A stretch of 32,000 nt of DNA, taken from positions 270,001 to 302,000 of the forward strand of contig NC_007205.1 of NCBI RefSeq assembly GCF_000012345.1, read 5' to 3'. Under the pieces are notes generated by a model, which searched no databases, was not told the DNA's origin, and worked only from the letters and a program-made list of their open reading frames with translations. Each line of letters starts with the position of its first letter. Within the stretch, counting starts at the first letter, position 1. Positions 8,416 through 18,127 of this stretch are shown in pieces. This DNA is from Candidatus Pelagibacter ubique HTCC1062 (GTDB lineage Bacteria; Pseudomonadota; Alphaproteobacteria; Pelagibacterales; Pelagibacteraceae). The position numbers were made by a program, and so were the translations under genes.

Positions 8416-9711
8416 TTAATTCTTTTGTAATATTTTTGGTTTTGGACCACCAGTATACCAATCTAATATCTCAATGGTATGTAAAATTGGAGTTTTGGTT
8501 CCATTAGAAATTTGGGTAATACAACCTATATTTCCAGTTGATATAAAATCTGGTTTCAAACTTTCAATATTTTTTACTTTTTTACTTAATAGTTCTTTGG
8601 CAATTTCAGACTGCAAAATATTATAAGTTCCAGCAGATCCACAACAGATATGTCCTTCTGGAATTTCCATAATTTCATTATTTGTTTTTGAAAGTAATGA
8701 CATGGGTTGACTGTGTACTTTTTGTCCATGTTGCATTGAACATGCAGAATGATAAGCAATTTTATATTTCTTTTCTTTTGTTTTAAAGTTTAATTTTAAA
8801 TTGGTATCTAAATATTCAGAAACGTCTTTTGTTAAATCAGAAATCACTTTTGCTTTCTTTTTCATTTCTTCATCATCTTTAAAAATAAAACCATAGTCTT
8901 TCATGGTCGTTCCACAACCAGAAGTATTTGATAAAATAGCATCTAAATTGCCTTTTTGATGTTCATCATACCAAGTATTAATATTATTTCTAAAATCATG
9001 GTGAGCATCATCTTCTTTTCCCAAATGATGGTTCAATGATCCACAACATCTAATTTTTTTAGGCACAACCACTTCAACTCCATGTCTATTTAAAAGTCTA
9101 ATAGTTGCCTCATTAATCTGAGGAGAAATTTCTTTTTGAACACAGCCAGTTAAAAGAGCAACTCTTGCAATTTTATTTTTAGCACTTACAGAATAAACTT
9201 CTTTTTGTTTTATGGTTTTTTTAGGAAAACTTGTTGGCATCAAGCTGATCATATCTTTTATTTTTGATGGCATTAAAAACTGAAAGGGTTTAGCTAATTT
9301 AACCATATAACTTGCTAATCTAAAGTATCCAGTATTCGGTAATACTACTGATAAAAAGTTCCTAATTGTTCTATCAAAAAAAGATCTTTCATAGTTTTTT
9401 TCAATATATTTTTTACCATGATCAATGATGTGCATATAATTTACTCCTGCAGGACAAGTGGTCATACAGCTGTAGCAGGACAAACATCTGTCTATGTGCT
9501 TTACTGTCTTTGCTGTTGGTTTTTTTTGATTTTCCAACATGTCTTTAATCAAATAAATTCTTCCCCGTGGTCCATCTAATTCATCACCAAATATTTGATG
9601 GGTTGGACAAGTTGCATTACAAAAACCACAATGAACGCACTTTTTAAAAATTTTTTCCGTTTCAGCGTTATCACTGTCTTTTAATTGTTTTTCAGTAAAA
9701 TTTGTTTGCAT
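8416..9711 (-). CDS. glcF: Glycolate oxidase iron-sulfur subunit
   Basis: Two ferredoxin-type motifs (CVHCGFCNATCP and CLSCYSCMTTCP) plus two CCG-type Cys-rich segments (RCCGSLNHH, ICCGSAGTYN). It directly follows glcD and glcE. Confidence 0.85.
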   Translation of the reverse strand: MQTNFTEKQLKDSDNAETEKIFKKCVHCGFCNATCPTHQIFGDELDGPRGRIYLIKDMLENQKKPTAKTVKHIDRCLSCYSCMTTCPAGVNYMHIIDHGKKYIEKNYERSFFDRTIRNFLSVVLPNTGYFRLASYMVKLAKPFQFLMPSKIKDMISLMPTSFPKKTIKQKEVYSVSAKNKIARVALLTGCVQKEISPQINEATIRLLNRHGVEVVVPKKIRCCGSLNHHLGKEDDAHHDFRNNINTWYDEHQKGNLDAILSNTSGCGTTMKDYGFIFKDDEEMKKKAKVISDLTKDVSEYLDTNLKLNFKTKEKKYKIAYHSACSMQHGQKVHSQPMSLLSKTNNEIMEIPEGHICCGSAGTYNILQSEIAKELLSKKVKNIESLKPDFISTGNIGCITQISNGTKTPILHTIEILDWYTGGPKPKILQKN

Positions 9712-10991
9712 TAAATTCCTCTATACATTTTTCCAGGATTAAAAATTCTTTTAGGATCAAAACTTTTTTTGATCTTTTCTGATATTAAAAGTCTTATATC
9801 GTCTACTGTAAAAATTGTTTCTTCGTAATCATATTCATCCGATGTCTTTATGATAGTTAAATAACCACCTAATTCTTTGGTCAATTTTTTAATATCACTA
9901 ACCTTAGAGTTCTTTTTTGATTGAACCTCTATCCAATATAATGAGCCACACCAATCAATATAATATTTATACTTATTACCTAAGAATTGTATCAACTTAG
10001 GGCCTTTTGAAGGGGGCACTACTACTCTTAAAAGATTATTTTTTGTTTGTTTGAATAATTCAAGGTTATTTATTTTTTTCCAAAATGGTGTTGATTGGTG
10101 AACATCTAAAACTGTTGTATTCAGCTTACTAAGCTCCAGTTCATTTGTTAGAGCTTTTATTTTTTCATCTATTGCAATTTTGTCTCCTTCTATTCTTAAC
10201 GCCAAAAACGATCCTTTGTATTTTAAGTCATTAAATTTAAAGACCATCTCTTTGTTTTGGTCATAATTTTCATCTTTGGGTTCTTCAGGAATATAAACAG
10301 CTCCAGAGACTTCGCTACTTGAACTAGATATCTTATCAAATAAATTTTTAACTAATTTTTTATCATCAGTATGTATAGTAATTGTATTAGATAATTTTTT
10401 TTTAGGTAGAACTTTTAATGTTATTTCAGTTAAAGCAACTAAAGTTCCAAAAGATCCTGTTACTAGTTTTGATAGGTCATAACCTGTAACATTTTTTACA
10501 ACTGTGCCACCTGATTTAATTATATCTCCTTTACCATTCACACCTCTAAAACCTAATATGTGATCTCTTAAACTTCCTACTTTAAATCTTCGAGAGCCAG
10601 CAAAGTTACAAGCTAAATGGCCTGCAATGGTGCCCTTATTTGATTTTCCATTTTCAATAAATCCAAAATCAATAGGCTCAAAAGCTAGTTCTTGATTGTT
10701 TTTTTCTAACTCCTTTTCAACTAACTCTAATGGCGTGTTAGCTTTAACCTTAATATATAGTTCTTCAGGCAAATACTCAATTACACCTGACAACTTAGAC
10801 ATAGATAGTTTTTTTGCAGATTGAATGTTGTTACCAATAAAATTTTTTGAACCTGTGCCAATTATTTCTGTTGGTTGGTTTTTTTTGTAAAGTTCCTGAA
10901 CTAGATTTGAAACTTGCAGCTCATCTTCTGGATAATAAGTATTATTAGAATCTTGGAAGATCTGGGAATTTTTCTTCATTTCTGTGGACAT
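9711..10991 (-). CDS. glcE: Glycolate oxidase FAD-binding subunit
   Basis: FAD-binding PCMH-type fold character (IIGTGSKNF..., VTGYDLSKL). It sits between glcD and glcF, and its stop overlaps the glcF start (TAATG). The start is ambiguous (ATG at 11012, 10991 or 10979), and every candidate overlaps the glcD 3' end. Confidence 0.75.
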   Translation of the reverse strand: MSTEMKKNSQIFQDSNNTYYPEDELQVSNLVQELYKKNQPTEIIGTGSKNFIGNNIQSAKKLSMSKLSGVIEYLPEELYIKVKANTPLELVEKELEKNNQELAFEPIDFGFIENGKSNKGTIAGHLACNFAGSRRFKVGSLRDHILGFRGVNGKGDIIKSGGTVVKNVTGYDLSKLVTGSFGTLVALTEITLKVLPKKKLSNTITIHTDDKKLVKNLFDKISSSSSEVSGAVYIPEEPKDENYDQNKEMVFKFNDLKYKGSFLALRIEGDKIAIDEKIKALTNELELSKLNTTVLDVHQSTPFWKKINNLELFKQTKNNLLRVVVPPSKGPKLIQFLGNKYKYYIDWCGSLYWIEVQSKKNSKVSDIKKLTKELGGYLTIIKTSDEYDYEETIFTVDDIRLLISEKIKKSFDPKRIFNPGKMYRGI

Positions 10992-12441
10992 GTACCCTTC
11001 CTTCCTCTGCACATTTTCTTAATATTGGATAAACTTTTCCTGGGTTTAGTAAATTTTTTTCATCAAGCGATTTTTTAATATCTAATTGTTGTTGAATATC
11101 TGTATTATTAAACATCTCACACATTAGTTCTCTTTTTTCTACTCCTACCCCATGCTCTCCAGTGATCACTCCCCCTAATCTAACGCACGTCTTTAGTATC
11201 TCAGCTCCAAATTCCTCTGTTTTTCGCAGTTGTTCTTTATCACTTCCATCAAACATTATTAATGGATGTAAATTTCCATCTCCTGCATGAAAACAATTTG
11301 CTACAGGTAATTTGTATTTTTCAGAAAGTCTTTTTATTTCAAGTAAAGCTTCCGCAAGTTTTCCTCTTGGTATGGATCCGTCCATACAATAATAATCTGG
11401 TGCCATAGCTCCACATGCTGGAAATGCTGCTTTTCTACCTGCCCAAAATGATAGTCTTTCTTTTTCATTTTTACTCAATTTTAAACTTGAGCAATTATTT
11501 TTTTCACAAATACTTCTGACTTGTTTTAATAATTCATCTACCTCAGATTCGGTTCCATCTAATTCTACAATTAATAAAAGCTCTGCATCTCTTGGATATC
11601 CTGCTTTACTAAAATTATCTGTTGCCTCTATCAAAGCTTTATCCATTATTTCCATACCTGCTGGAACAATTCCACTTGAAATTATTTCTGATGCTGCGTT
11701 TCCACCTTCTTCAATTGTTGGAAAGCCTATTAGCGCTGCTTTAACGACTTGAGGGTTTTTTAAAATTTTTACTGTCACTTCAGTAATCACTCCTAATAAT
11801 CCTTCTGAACCACAAATTAATCCCATTAGATCATACCCTTCTTGATCAAGAGTTTTTCCACCAACTCTACAAACTGTTCCATCCATCATTACCATTTCAA
11901 CACCTAAAATATTATTAGTTGTCGTTCCATATTTTAGAGAATGGACGCCTCCAGAATTTTCAGCAACATTACCCCCTATTGAGCATGCAAGTTGACTTGA
12001 TGGGTCTGGTGCATAATAAAAATTTTTATGTTGTACGGCATGTGTTATTCCTAAGTTTGTTACACCAGGTTGGGTTACTACACATTTATTTTCAAAATCA
12101 ATTTCTATAATTTTGTTAAATTTTCCAAGACTTAATAAAATTGCATCATTTAAAGGTAGAGCTCCCCCTGAAAGACCAGTGCCAGCACCTCTTGGTACAA
12201 CTTTAATATTTTCTTTATGGCAAAACTTTAAGATATTACTTACTTCTTCAGTATTTTCCGGCATCACAACAGCTAGTGGTGTTTGTGTGTAAGCTGCTAA
12301 TGCATCAGTTTCATATGGTTTAATATCATCTGCATGACTTAAAACATTTTCTGGATTGATAATTTTAGCAAGATTTTTAAAAATATATTCTTTTTTATTG
12401 ATCGTTGCTTTGTCAATCTTTGGCAGAACTAATTCACTCAT
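10945..12441 (-). CDS. glcD: Glycolate oxidase subunit GlcD (FAD-linked oxidase)
   Basis: 498 aa with FAD-linked oxidase motifs (VVPRGAGTGLSGGA, GEHGVG). The C-terminus NPGKVYPILRKCAEEGRVHVH...FPDLPRF resembles the E. coli GlcD C-terminus as I remember it. Confidence 0.9.
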   Translation of the reverse strand: MSELVLPKIDKATINKKEYIFKNLAKIINPENVLSHADDIKPYETDALAAYTQTPLAVVMPENTEEVSNILKFCHKENIKVVPRGAGTGLSGGALPLNDAILLSLGKFNKIIEIDFENKCVVTQPGVTNLGITHAVQHKNFYYAPDPSSQLACSIGGNVAENSGGVHSLKYGTTTNNILGVEMVMMDGTVCRVGGKTLDQEGYDLMGLICGSEGLLGVITEVTVKILKNPQVVKAALIGFPTIEEGGNAASEIISSGIVPAGMEIMDKALIEATDNFSKAGYPRDAELLLIVELDGTESEVDELLKQVRSICEKNNCSSLKLSKNEKERLSFWAGRKAAFPACGAMAPDYYCMDGSIPRGKLAEALLEIKRLSEKYKLPVANCFHAGDGNLHPLIMFDGSDKEQLRKTEEFGAEILKTCVRLGGVITGEHGVGVEKRELMCEMFNNTDIQQQLDIKKSLDEKNLLNPGKVYPILRKCAEEGRVHVHRNEEKFPDLPRF

Positions 12442-12446
12442 TAGTC

Positions 12447-13610
12447 TTAGCCTAGCATTTTTTTGATATTTTCCAATGCGTTAGATATGTTGTCTTGTGA
12501 AGCTGCATAGCTAAATCTTACGTAATCTTGGCAAGTTTTACCAAAAGCTGTTCCTGGAACTATTGCTACCCCTGCTTCATGCATACATTTTTTTGCAAAT
12601 TCTGAACCATTCATTCCTGTTCCAATAACTTTAGGAAATGCATAAAAGGCTCCTCCTGGTAAACTGCATTCCACACCTGGTAAACTATTTAAACCTTCGT
12701 GAATCAATTTCCTTCTTTGATCAAATTTTACCATCATTTCATGGATTGCATCATCTGGTCCGTCTAAAGCTGCAATTCCTGCAAATTGTGACGGAGCATT
12801 AACACATGAAACACTATTAATAATTAGTTTATTTACATGTGGTATTAATTCTTCTGGCCACACACTCCATCCCATTCTCCATCCAGTCATTGCATAAGCT
12901 TTACTCCAACCATCTAAAACAATTAATCTATCTTGCAGATCAGGGTAATTAAAAAATGTTGGCATTTCTTTTCCATCATAAATTTGTCTACTATAAATTT
13001 CATCACTTAGGATTGCTACATGAGGATGTTTTTTTAACCCTTCTGCTAAAACATCTATTGCAGATTTTTCAACAAAACTTCCCGTTGGATTATTCGGGTT
13101 AATTAATATTAACAATCTAGTTTTATCTGTAATTAAAGATAGAATTTTTTCTGGATCAAATTTTAAATCTTTATCTTCTGTTAAGTCATAAGGGACTGGA
13201 GTTGAACCTGTGTAATTAATCATTGATTCATATATTGGGAATGCTGGTGTTGGATGTATAATTTCCGCACCTGGCTCCCCAAAACATTGTATCGCATAAT
13301 ACATTGTTGGTTTCCCACCTGGCATTATCAATACTCTTTCAGGGTCAATATCCTTATTGTAAAGTTTTTTAATTTTTCTAGTAACAGCTTGTCTGCACTC
13401 TAAAATTCCATTTGATAAAACATATCCATGATGACCTTCATCTAATGCTTTTTTTGCAGCATCTACTACGTGTTGGGGTGTCTTAAAATCAGGCTGACCT
13501 AAACCTAAGTGGATCATTGGTTTGCCTTGTGCTTCTAATTTTTTTGCTTCAGCTAAAACACTAAATGCAGATTCTGTTCCTAGTCTTTGTAAATTTTTTG
13601 CTAATTTCAT
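12447..13610 (-). CDS. Class I/II pyridoxal-phosphate aminotransferase (aspartate/alanine-glyoxylate type)
   Basis: 387 aa with NPNNPTG and the PLP-lysine context SKAYAMTGWRMGW. Lies 5 nt upstream of glcD. Confidence 0.85.
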   Translation of the reverse strand: MKLAKNLQRLGTESAFSVLAEAKKLEAQGKPMIHLGLGQPDFKTPQHVVDAAKKALDEGHHGYVLSNGILECRQAVTRKIKKLYNKDIDPERVLIMPGGKPTMYYAIQCFGEPGAEIIHPTPAFPIYESMINYTGSTPVPYDLTEDKDLKFDPEKILSLITDKTRLLILINPNNPTGSFVEKSAIDVLAEGLKKHPHVAILSDEIYSRQIYDGKEMPTFFNYPDLQDRLIVLDGWSKAYAMTGWRMGWSVWPEELIPHVNKLIINSVSCVNAPSQFAGIAALDGPDDAIHEMMVKFDQRRKLIHEGLNSLPGVECSLPGGAFYAFPKVIGTGMNGSEFAKKCMHEAGVAIVPGTAFGKTCQDYVRFSYAASQDNISNALENIKKMLG

Positions 13611-13683
13611 AATAATTAAATTCTAGTATTAATAATTTATAATTTAATTTATTTTTTATATATATAATTTTGATAAGTAAAAA

Positions 13684-14835
13684 CTATTTTCTATAAATTA
13701 ATTTTGACGCGTCTAATTCTTTCAAGGTCTTACAACCCATTAATACCATATTTCTATTGATTTCATCATGCATGTTTTGCAATAGACGTTCCACACCTGG
13801 TTGACCCCCAGCACTTAAAGCAAATAAAAACATTTTCCCAAAGCTGCATGCTGTTGCACCAGCTGCTAAAGCTTTTAAAACATGAGTTCCACGTCTTACT
13901 CCGCCATCTAAAATAATTTCTAATTTATCCCCTACAGCTTCTCTAATTGCATTAACTTGATCAAAGGGTGATCTTGAGCCATCTAATTGTCTGCCCCCAT
14001 GATTTGAAATCATTATTGCTGTACAGCCAATATCTATTGCTCTTTTTGCATCTTCAATTGACATCACACCTTTAAGTGCAAATGGGCCATTCCATCTTTT
14101 TACACAATATTCTGCATCCTTCCAATTCATGGCCGGATCATATTGTTCATTAATATATTCAATGACTGATTTTGAAATATTGGTTCCTTTATCTGTTTTA
14201 TTTTTAACATTGGATAATTCAAATTTTTTATGAGTAAAATAATTAAATACCCATTCAGGTCGCATGGCAAAACTCATTAAGCTTTGAAGTGTCAATTTTG
14301 GAGGAGTAGTAAAACCAGTTCTGTGATCTCTTTCTCTGTTTCCAGCAACTAATGTATCAACTGTCAAACACATACCATTAAAACCAGACACTCGACATCT
14401 ATCTATTAAGTCATCGGTAATTGATTGATCTTTGTGAACATATAATTGAAATAACTTTGGTCCATTTGAAATATCAGCAACTTCTTCAATAGTATTATTG
14501 GCCATTGTAGACATACTATAAAAGGTCCCAAATTTTTCAGCAGCTCTTGCTGAGGCTTTGTCACCTTCATGATGGTAGAGTCTTTGCATTGCAGTTGGTG
14601 AAAGAAAGATTGGCATATCAATTTTTTTTCCAAAAACAGTCGTTGAAAGATCTGGTTTACCAACACTAGCAAGAATATTTGGAATTAAATCACAATCATC
14701 GAAAGAATCTGTATTTCTTTTTAAGGTTTTTTCATCATCTGCACCGCCATCAATGTAGTGAAAAATTGGAGAAGGTAATCGTTTTTTTGCTAATTTTCTA
14801 AAGTCATTAAAATTATAGCAGTCTTTTAGGTTCAT
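13684..14835 (-). CDS. FMN-dependent alpha-hydroxyacid oxidase/dehydrogenase (LldD / glycolate oxidase family)
   Basis: 383 aa with family motif SNHGGRQLDG and a TIM-barrel FMN-binding C-terminal region GVRRGTHVLKALAAGA. Confidence 0.85.
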   Translation of the reverse strand: MNLKDCYNFNDFRKLAKKRLPSPIFHYIDGGADDEKTLKRNTDSFDDCDLIPNILASVGKPDLSTTVFGKKIDMPIFLSPTAMQRLYHHEGDKASARAAEKFGTFYSMSTMANNTIEEVADISNGPKLFQLYVHKDQSITDDLIDRCRVSGFNGMCLTVDTLVAGNRERDHRTGFTTPPKLTLQSLMSFAMRPEWVFNYFTHKKFELSNVKNKTDKGTNISKSVIEYINEQYDPAMNWKDAEYCVKRWNGPFALKGVMSIEDAKRAIDIGCTAIMISNHGGRQLDGSRSPFDQVNAIREAVGDKLEIILDGGVRRGTHVLKALAAGATACSFGKMFLFALSAGGQPGVERLLQNMHDEINRNMVLMGCKTLKELDASKLIYRK

Positions 14836-14843
14836 TGATTAAG

Positions 14844-15353
14844 TTAAAATGTTTTAAAAAAGTTAAACATATAACTATTAGCACCAGGATTTTTTGTTCC
14901 TAAGCTTGCATTAGAAAGATGATTATAAGAAAAACCAAGTTGACTATTACTAACAAAGTCTACTGAAATTTGTAATTCACTTTTAAATTCTAGAATATGA
15001 CCAAGATCTTTACCATCACCCTTACTGTATAATCCTGGTGCAAAGCTTGGTGTAAAATTAATTTTACCTAGCTTATATTGTGCCTGAACACCTGTATAAA
15101 TATATGCAGCAGAGTCTGCAGTCACTAATGCACCTGTTATGGGAGAAATATTACCTAAAAAAGTATCTCTATTTAAATCCTCATTTTGATGTTGAAATCC
15201 AATTAATGTTGATTTTTTACCAGTATCACTGAAATCAAACATTCCAGAATAAACATTAAATTTAGAACTATTTTCTTCAGCATAAACAACTGAAGATAAT
15301 AGGCTGAAGAAAATGATAAAAATAAATCTTGATATCAACTTGTAATGTTTCAT
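14844..15353 (-). CDS. Outer-membrane acyloxyacyl hydrolase, lipid A 3-O-deacylase (PagL)-like
   Basis: 169 aa with signal peptide ending VYA, beta-barrel-like alternating pattern and terminal Phe. The C-terminal motif NHLSNASLGTKNPGANS resembles the PagL catalytic H-x-S-N-A-G-L...N-x-G region. Confidence 0.55.
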   Translation of the reverse strand: MKHYKLISRFIFIIFFSLLSSVVYAEENSSKFNVYSGMFDFSDTGKKSTLIGFQHQNEDLNRDTFLGNISPITGALVTADSAAYIYTGVQAQYKLGKINFTPSFAPGLYSKGDGKDLGHILEFKSELQISVDFVSNSQLGFSYNHLSNASLGTKNPGANSYMFNFFKTF

Positions 15354-15734
15354 TTAAATTTTGTTATTTTTATTTAATATTATTTTTTTATATATTATTG
15401 CACCGCCAAACAAAAATAACAATAATGGTAATAACCATAAAACATATGTGTTTTTGTTTAATTGGGGGTCAAAAATTACCCAGTCACCATATTTTTCTCT
15501 TAAAAATTGATATATTTGTTTTTCTTTTAATCCTTCATTAATTTTTCTATCAACAATTAATTTGATGCTAGAAGCAAACTCTGATTCAGAATCGTATACT
15601 GACTGACCTTGACAAATTAAACAACGAACATTCTTTAAAATTTTATTCTTTAAAATATCATTTGTTTCAGCTGATTTTAACTCTGAAAAGTTTGCAACTA
15701 CAAATAGGATTATAAATATTTTTAATACTTTCAT
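15354..15734 (-). CDS. ccmH: Cytochrome c-type biogenesis protein CcmH
   Basis: 126 aa with a signal sequence, the motif VRCLICQGQSVYDSESEFA (LRCxxCQxQS type) and a C-terminal TM helix. Confidence 0.8.
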   Translation of the reverse strand: MKVLKIFIILFVVANFSELKSAETNDILKNKILKNVRCLICQGQSVYDSESEFASSIKLIVDRKINEGLKEKQIYQFLREKYGDWVIFDPQLNKNTYVLWLLPLLLFLFGGAIIYKKIILNKNNKI

Positions 15735-16252
15735 TTAATAATTAATTTAATTTCACTAACAATTTCTTGATTGATTGGACCAACAAATTTTTTGATTATA
15801 TCTTTATTTTTATCTATTAAAAAAGTTTCTGGAACTCCATAAGCTCCAAATTCAACTCCTAGAGTTCCATCTTTATCAATTAAAATTCTTGAATATGGAT
15901 TGCCAAGGTCATTGATAAATTTTTTTGCATTATTAAAATTGTCCCTATAATTTAATCCAATTAGTTTAATTGATTGGTTTTTACTTAGTTGCATTAATAA
16001 GGGGTGTTCTGTTCTGCAAGGTACACACCAGGAAGCCCAAATATTTACAATATAAAAGATGTTCTCTTCAAAAATTTTCTCTGAATTTACATAATTGTTT
16101 GAATAAAAGTCTTTTGCTTTAAAGGTTGGGATATTTTTTTTTTCATTAACCTTGGGTGTGTAGTTATTTGGAGTATTTAATCCTTTATAAAAAATAACAA
16201 AACAAAAGCTTAAAAAAATAACTACAACAAATAAGCTAAACTTATTTTTCAT
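15731..16252 (-). CDS. ccmG: Thiol:disulfide interchange protein CcmG/DsbE
   Basis: 173 aa with an N-terminal TM anchor, thioredoxin motif WASWCVPCRTEHP and GVPETFLID. Confidence 0.85.
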   Translation of the reverse strand: MKNKFSLFVVVIFLSFCFVIFYKGLNTPNNYTPKVNEKKNIPTFKAKDFYSNNYVNSEKIFEENIFYIVNIWASWCVPCRTEHPLLMQLSKNQSIKLIGLNYRDNFNNAKKFINDLGNPYSRILIDKDGTLGVEFGAYGVPETFLIDKNKDIIKKFVGPINQEIVSEIKLIIK

Positions 16253-18126
16253 ATCTCCTTTTTAAATAAACTCATTAATCCACCAAGACTTAACAATAAA
16301 ACTGATACCCATATCCAAACCATAAATGGTTTTATTTGATATCTAATATTAAAATATTCATTACCCTTTACAAGATTCATTACTAAAAACTTATCCTCTA
16401 ATAGTGTTGTTCTTATATCTGCTTCACTAGTAATAATTATAGGCTGATTATAAATTCTAATCTCAGGTTTTAATTCTATAGTTTTGCCATTTTTGTCTTT
16501 TATTTCAAAAGAGGCAATGATGGAGTTAAAATTACTTTCTTTTCTTTCTTCTACCTTTTTAAAAAAAATTTCACCTTTATTATAATCATATCTTTCACCA
16601 ATTTTTATGTTGGTTATAATTTCTGAGGATAAAATACTATTAAATAGAATGCTTAATATTAATAAACTAAAACCAAAGTGTGAAACAGTTTGAGAAATAT
16701 TATTAAATTTTTTAATAAATAATTCTTTTAAAGTGGTAAAGAAAAGAAAAAAAGCAGCTGAAATTAAAACTGTATAAAAAAGTAAGTCAGCAGTTAAATT
16801 TTTTATAATAAAAAAGGTTAACATTACTGAAATTATAAATGTGATAATTAGTGAGTTCTTATTTTCAATTTTTGATTTAATCCATTTAAGTCTTGGTCCA
16901 AGAGACATGAATAATAGAAATGGTATTAAAAAAGGAACAATTAATTTATGATAAAAAGGAGGCCCTACTGATATTTTTTCACTAGATATTACATCTAGAA
17001 AAATTGGATATACCGTACCTATTAAAACAACAGCTAAAAAATACATCATAAACCAATTGTTTATTAAGATAGAAGTTTCTCTACTAAGCCAAAAAAAATT
17101 ATTTGAGCTTTTATTATTTTCTTTGTGAAATATAAAAAATATTCCTAACGATAAGACAATTAGTGCAAATAAAAATATTAATATAAAAATACCTCTTGCA
17201 GGGTCATTAGCAAATGTATGTACAGAATTTAATATTCCGGATCTTACTAAAAAAGTTCCACACATACTTAGGGTAAATGTTGTAATAGACAGTATAACCA
17301 CCCAAGATGTTAGTGATGCTCTTCTTTCTAACACTACAATGCAATGCAATAATGCAGTTAGTGTTAGCCATGGCATTAAAGAAACATTTTCAACTGGGTC
17401 CCAAAACCAAAAACCTCCCCATCCTAGTTCGTAATATGCCCAAATTGATCCAAGCATAATTCCAATAGTTAGAAAAATCCAAGAAACTAAAACCCATTTT
17501 TTAATATGCTGTCCCCATTCTTTGGTGACATAATTTTGTGTAACTGCGGCAAGGGATGATGAAAATATTATAGAGGTACCAACATAACCTAAATATAAAA
17601 TTGGAGGATGAATTGCTAAAGCTGGATCTTGTAAAATTGGGTTAAGACCAAGACCTTCATTAGGAATTGGAAATAAATAATTAAAAGGATTAGATGTTAT
17701 TAATACAAATAAGAAAAACCCGATAATTATTATTTGCTGAAATAATAAAGTTAAAATTCTATATTTTTTAGGCTGCTCTCTTGATTTAATTAAAAACAAA
17801 AAAATAAATAAAGTTAATACTAATAACCATAATAACAAACTTCCTTCATGGTTTCCCCAAGTTCCTGAGATTTTATAGAATAATGGTTTGGTTGTGTGAG
17901 AATTATTAAAAACAGTCTCATTACTAAAGTCTGAGTTTATAAAAGATACAATCAAGCTCAAAAAACTCACAATTACAAAAACTAACTGTAGAAATGATAG
18001 AGATAATATATTTTGGTTAATCTGCTTATTAGTTTTATTGAAGTCTTTAATTGAAACTCCACAAAGCAATACCGAAAGTAACAACCCTAAAATTAAAGAA
18101 TAATAACCTATCTGATTAGCTAGCAA
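16249..18126 (-). CDS. ccmF: Cytochrome c heme lyase subunit CcmF
   Basis: 625-aa polytopic membrane protein with WWD motif WGGFWFWDPVEN. The only start available after the ccmE stop is the TTG at 18126. Confidence 0.9.
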   Translation of the reverse strand: MLANQIGYYSLILGLLLSVLLCGVSIKDFNKTNKQINQNILSLSFLQLVFVIVSFLSLIVSFINSDFSNETVFNNSHTTKPLFYKISGTWGNHEGSLLLWLLVLTLFIFLFLIKSREQPKKYRILTLLFQQIIIIGFFLFVLITSNPFNYLFPIPNEGLGLNPILQDPALAIHPPILYLGYVGTSIIFSSSLAAVTQNYVTKEWGQHIKKWVLVSWIFLTIGIMLGSIWAYYELGWGGFWFWDPVENVSLMPWLTLTALLHCIVVLERRASLTSWVVILSITTFTLSMCGTFLVRSGILNSVHTFANDPARGIFILIFLFALIVLSLGIFFIFHKENNKSSNNFFWLSRETSILINNWFMMYFLAVVLIGTVYPIFLDVISSEKISVGPPFYHKLIVPFLIPFLLFMSLGPRLKWIKSKIENKNSLIITFIISVMLTFFIIKNLTADLLFYTVLISAAFFLFFTTLKELFIKKFNNISQTVSHFGFSLLILSILFNSILSSEIITNIKIGERYDYNKGEIFFKKVEERKESNFNSIIASFEIKDKNGKTIELKPEIRIYNQPIIITSEADIRTTLLEDKFLVMNLVKGNEYFNIRYQIKPFMVWIWVSVLLLSLGGLMSLFKKEI

Positions 18127-18127
18127 T

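Noticed and set aside
8414-8461. 16-codon N-terminal extension (MVYWWSKTKNITKELT) of the 2-hydroxyacid dehydrogenase ORF.
   Set aside because: It overlaps the glcF 3' end. The internal ATG at 8413 gives the family-typical N-terminus MKKIIITR and sits 2 nt after the glcF stop.
10992-11012. Longest possible glcE start (MQRKEGY...).
   Set aside because: It would extend the overlap with glcD to 68 nt. The downstream ATGs at 10991 and 10979 are equally compatible. The true start cannot be settled from sequence alone, so I report 10991 and flag it as ambiguous.
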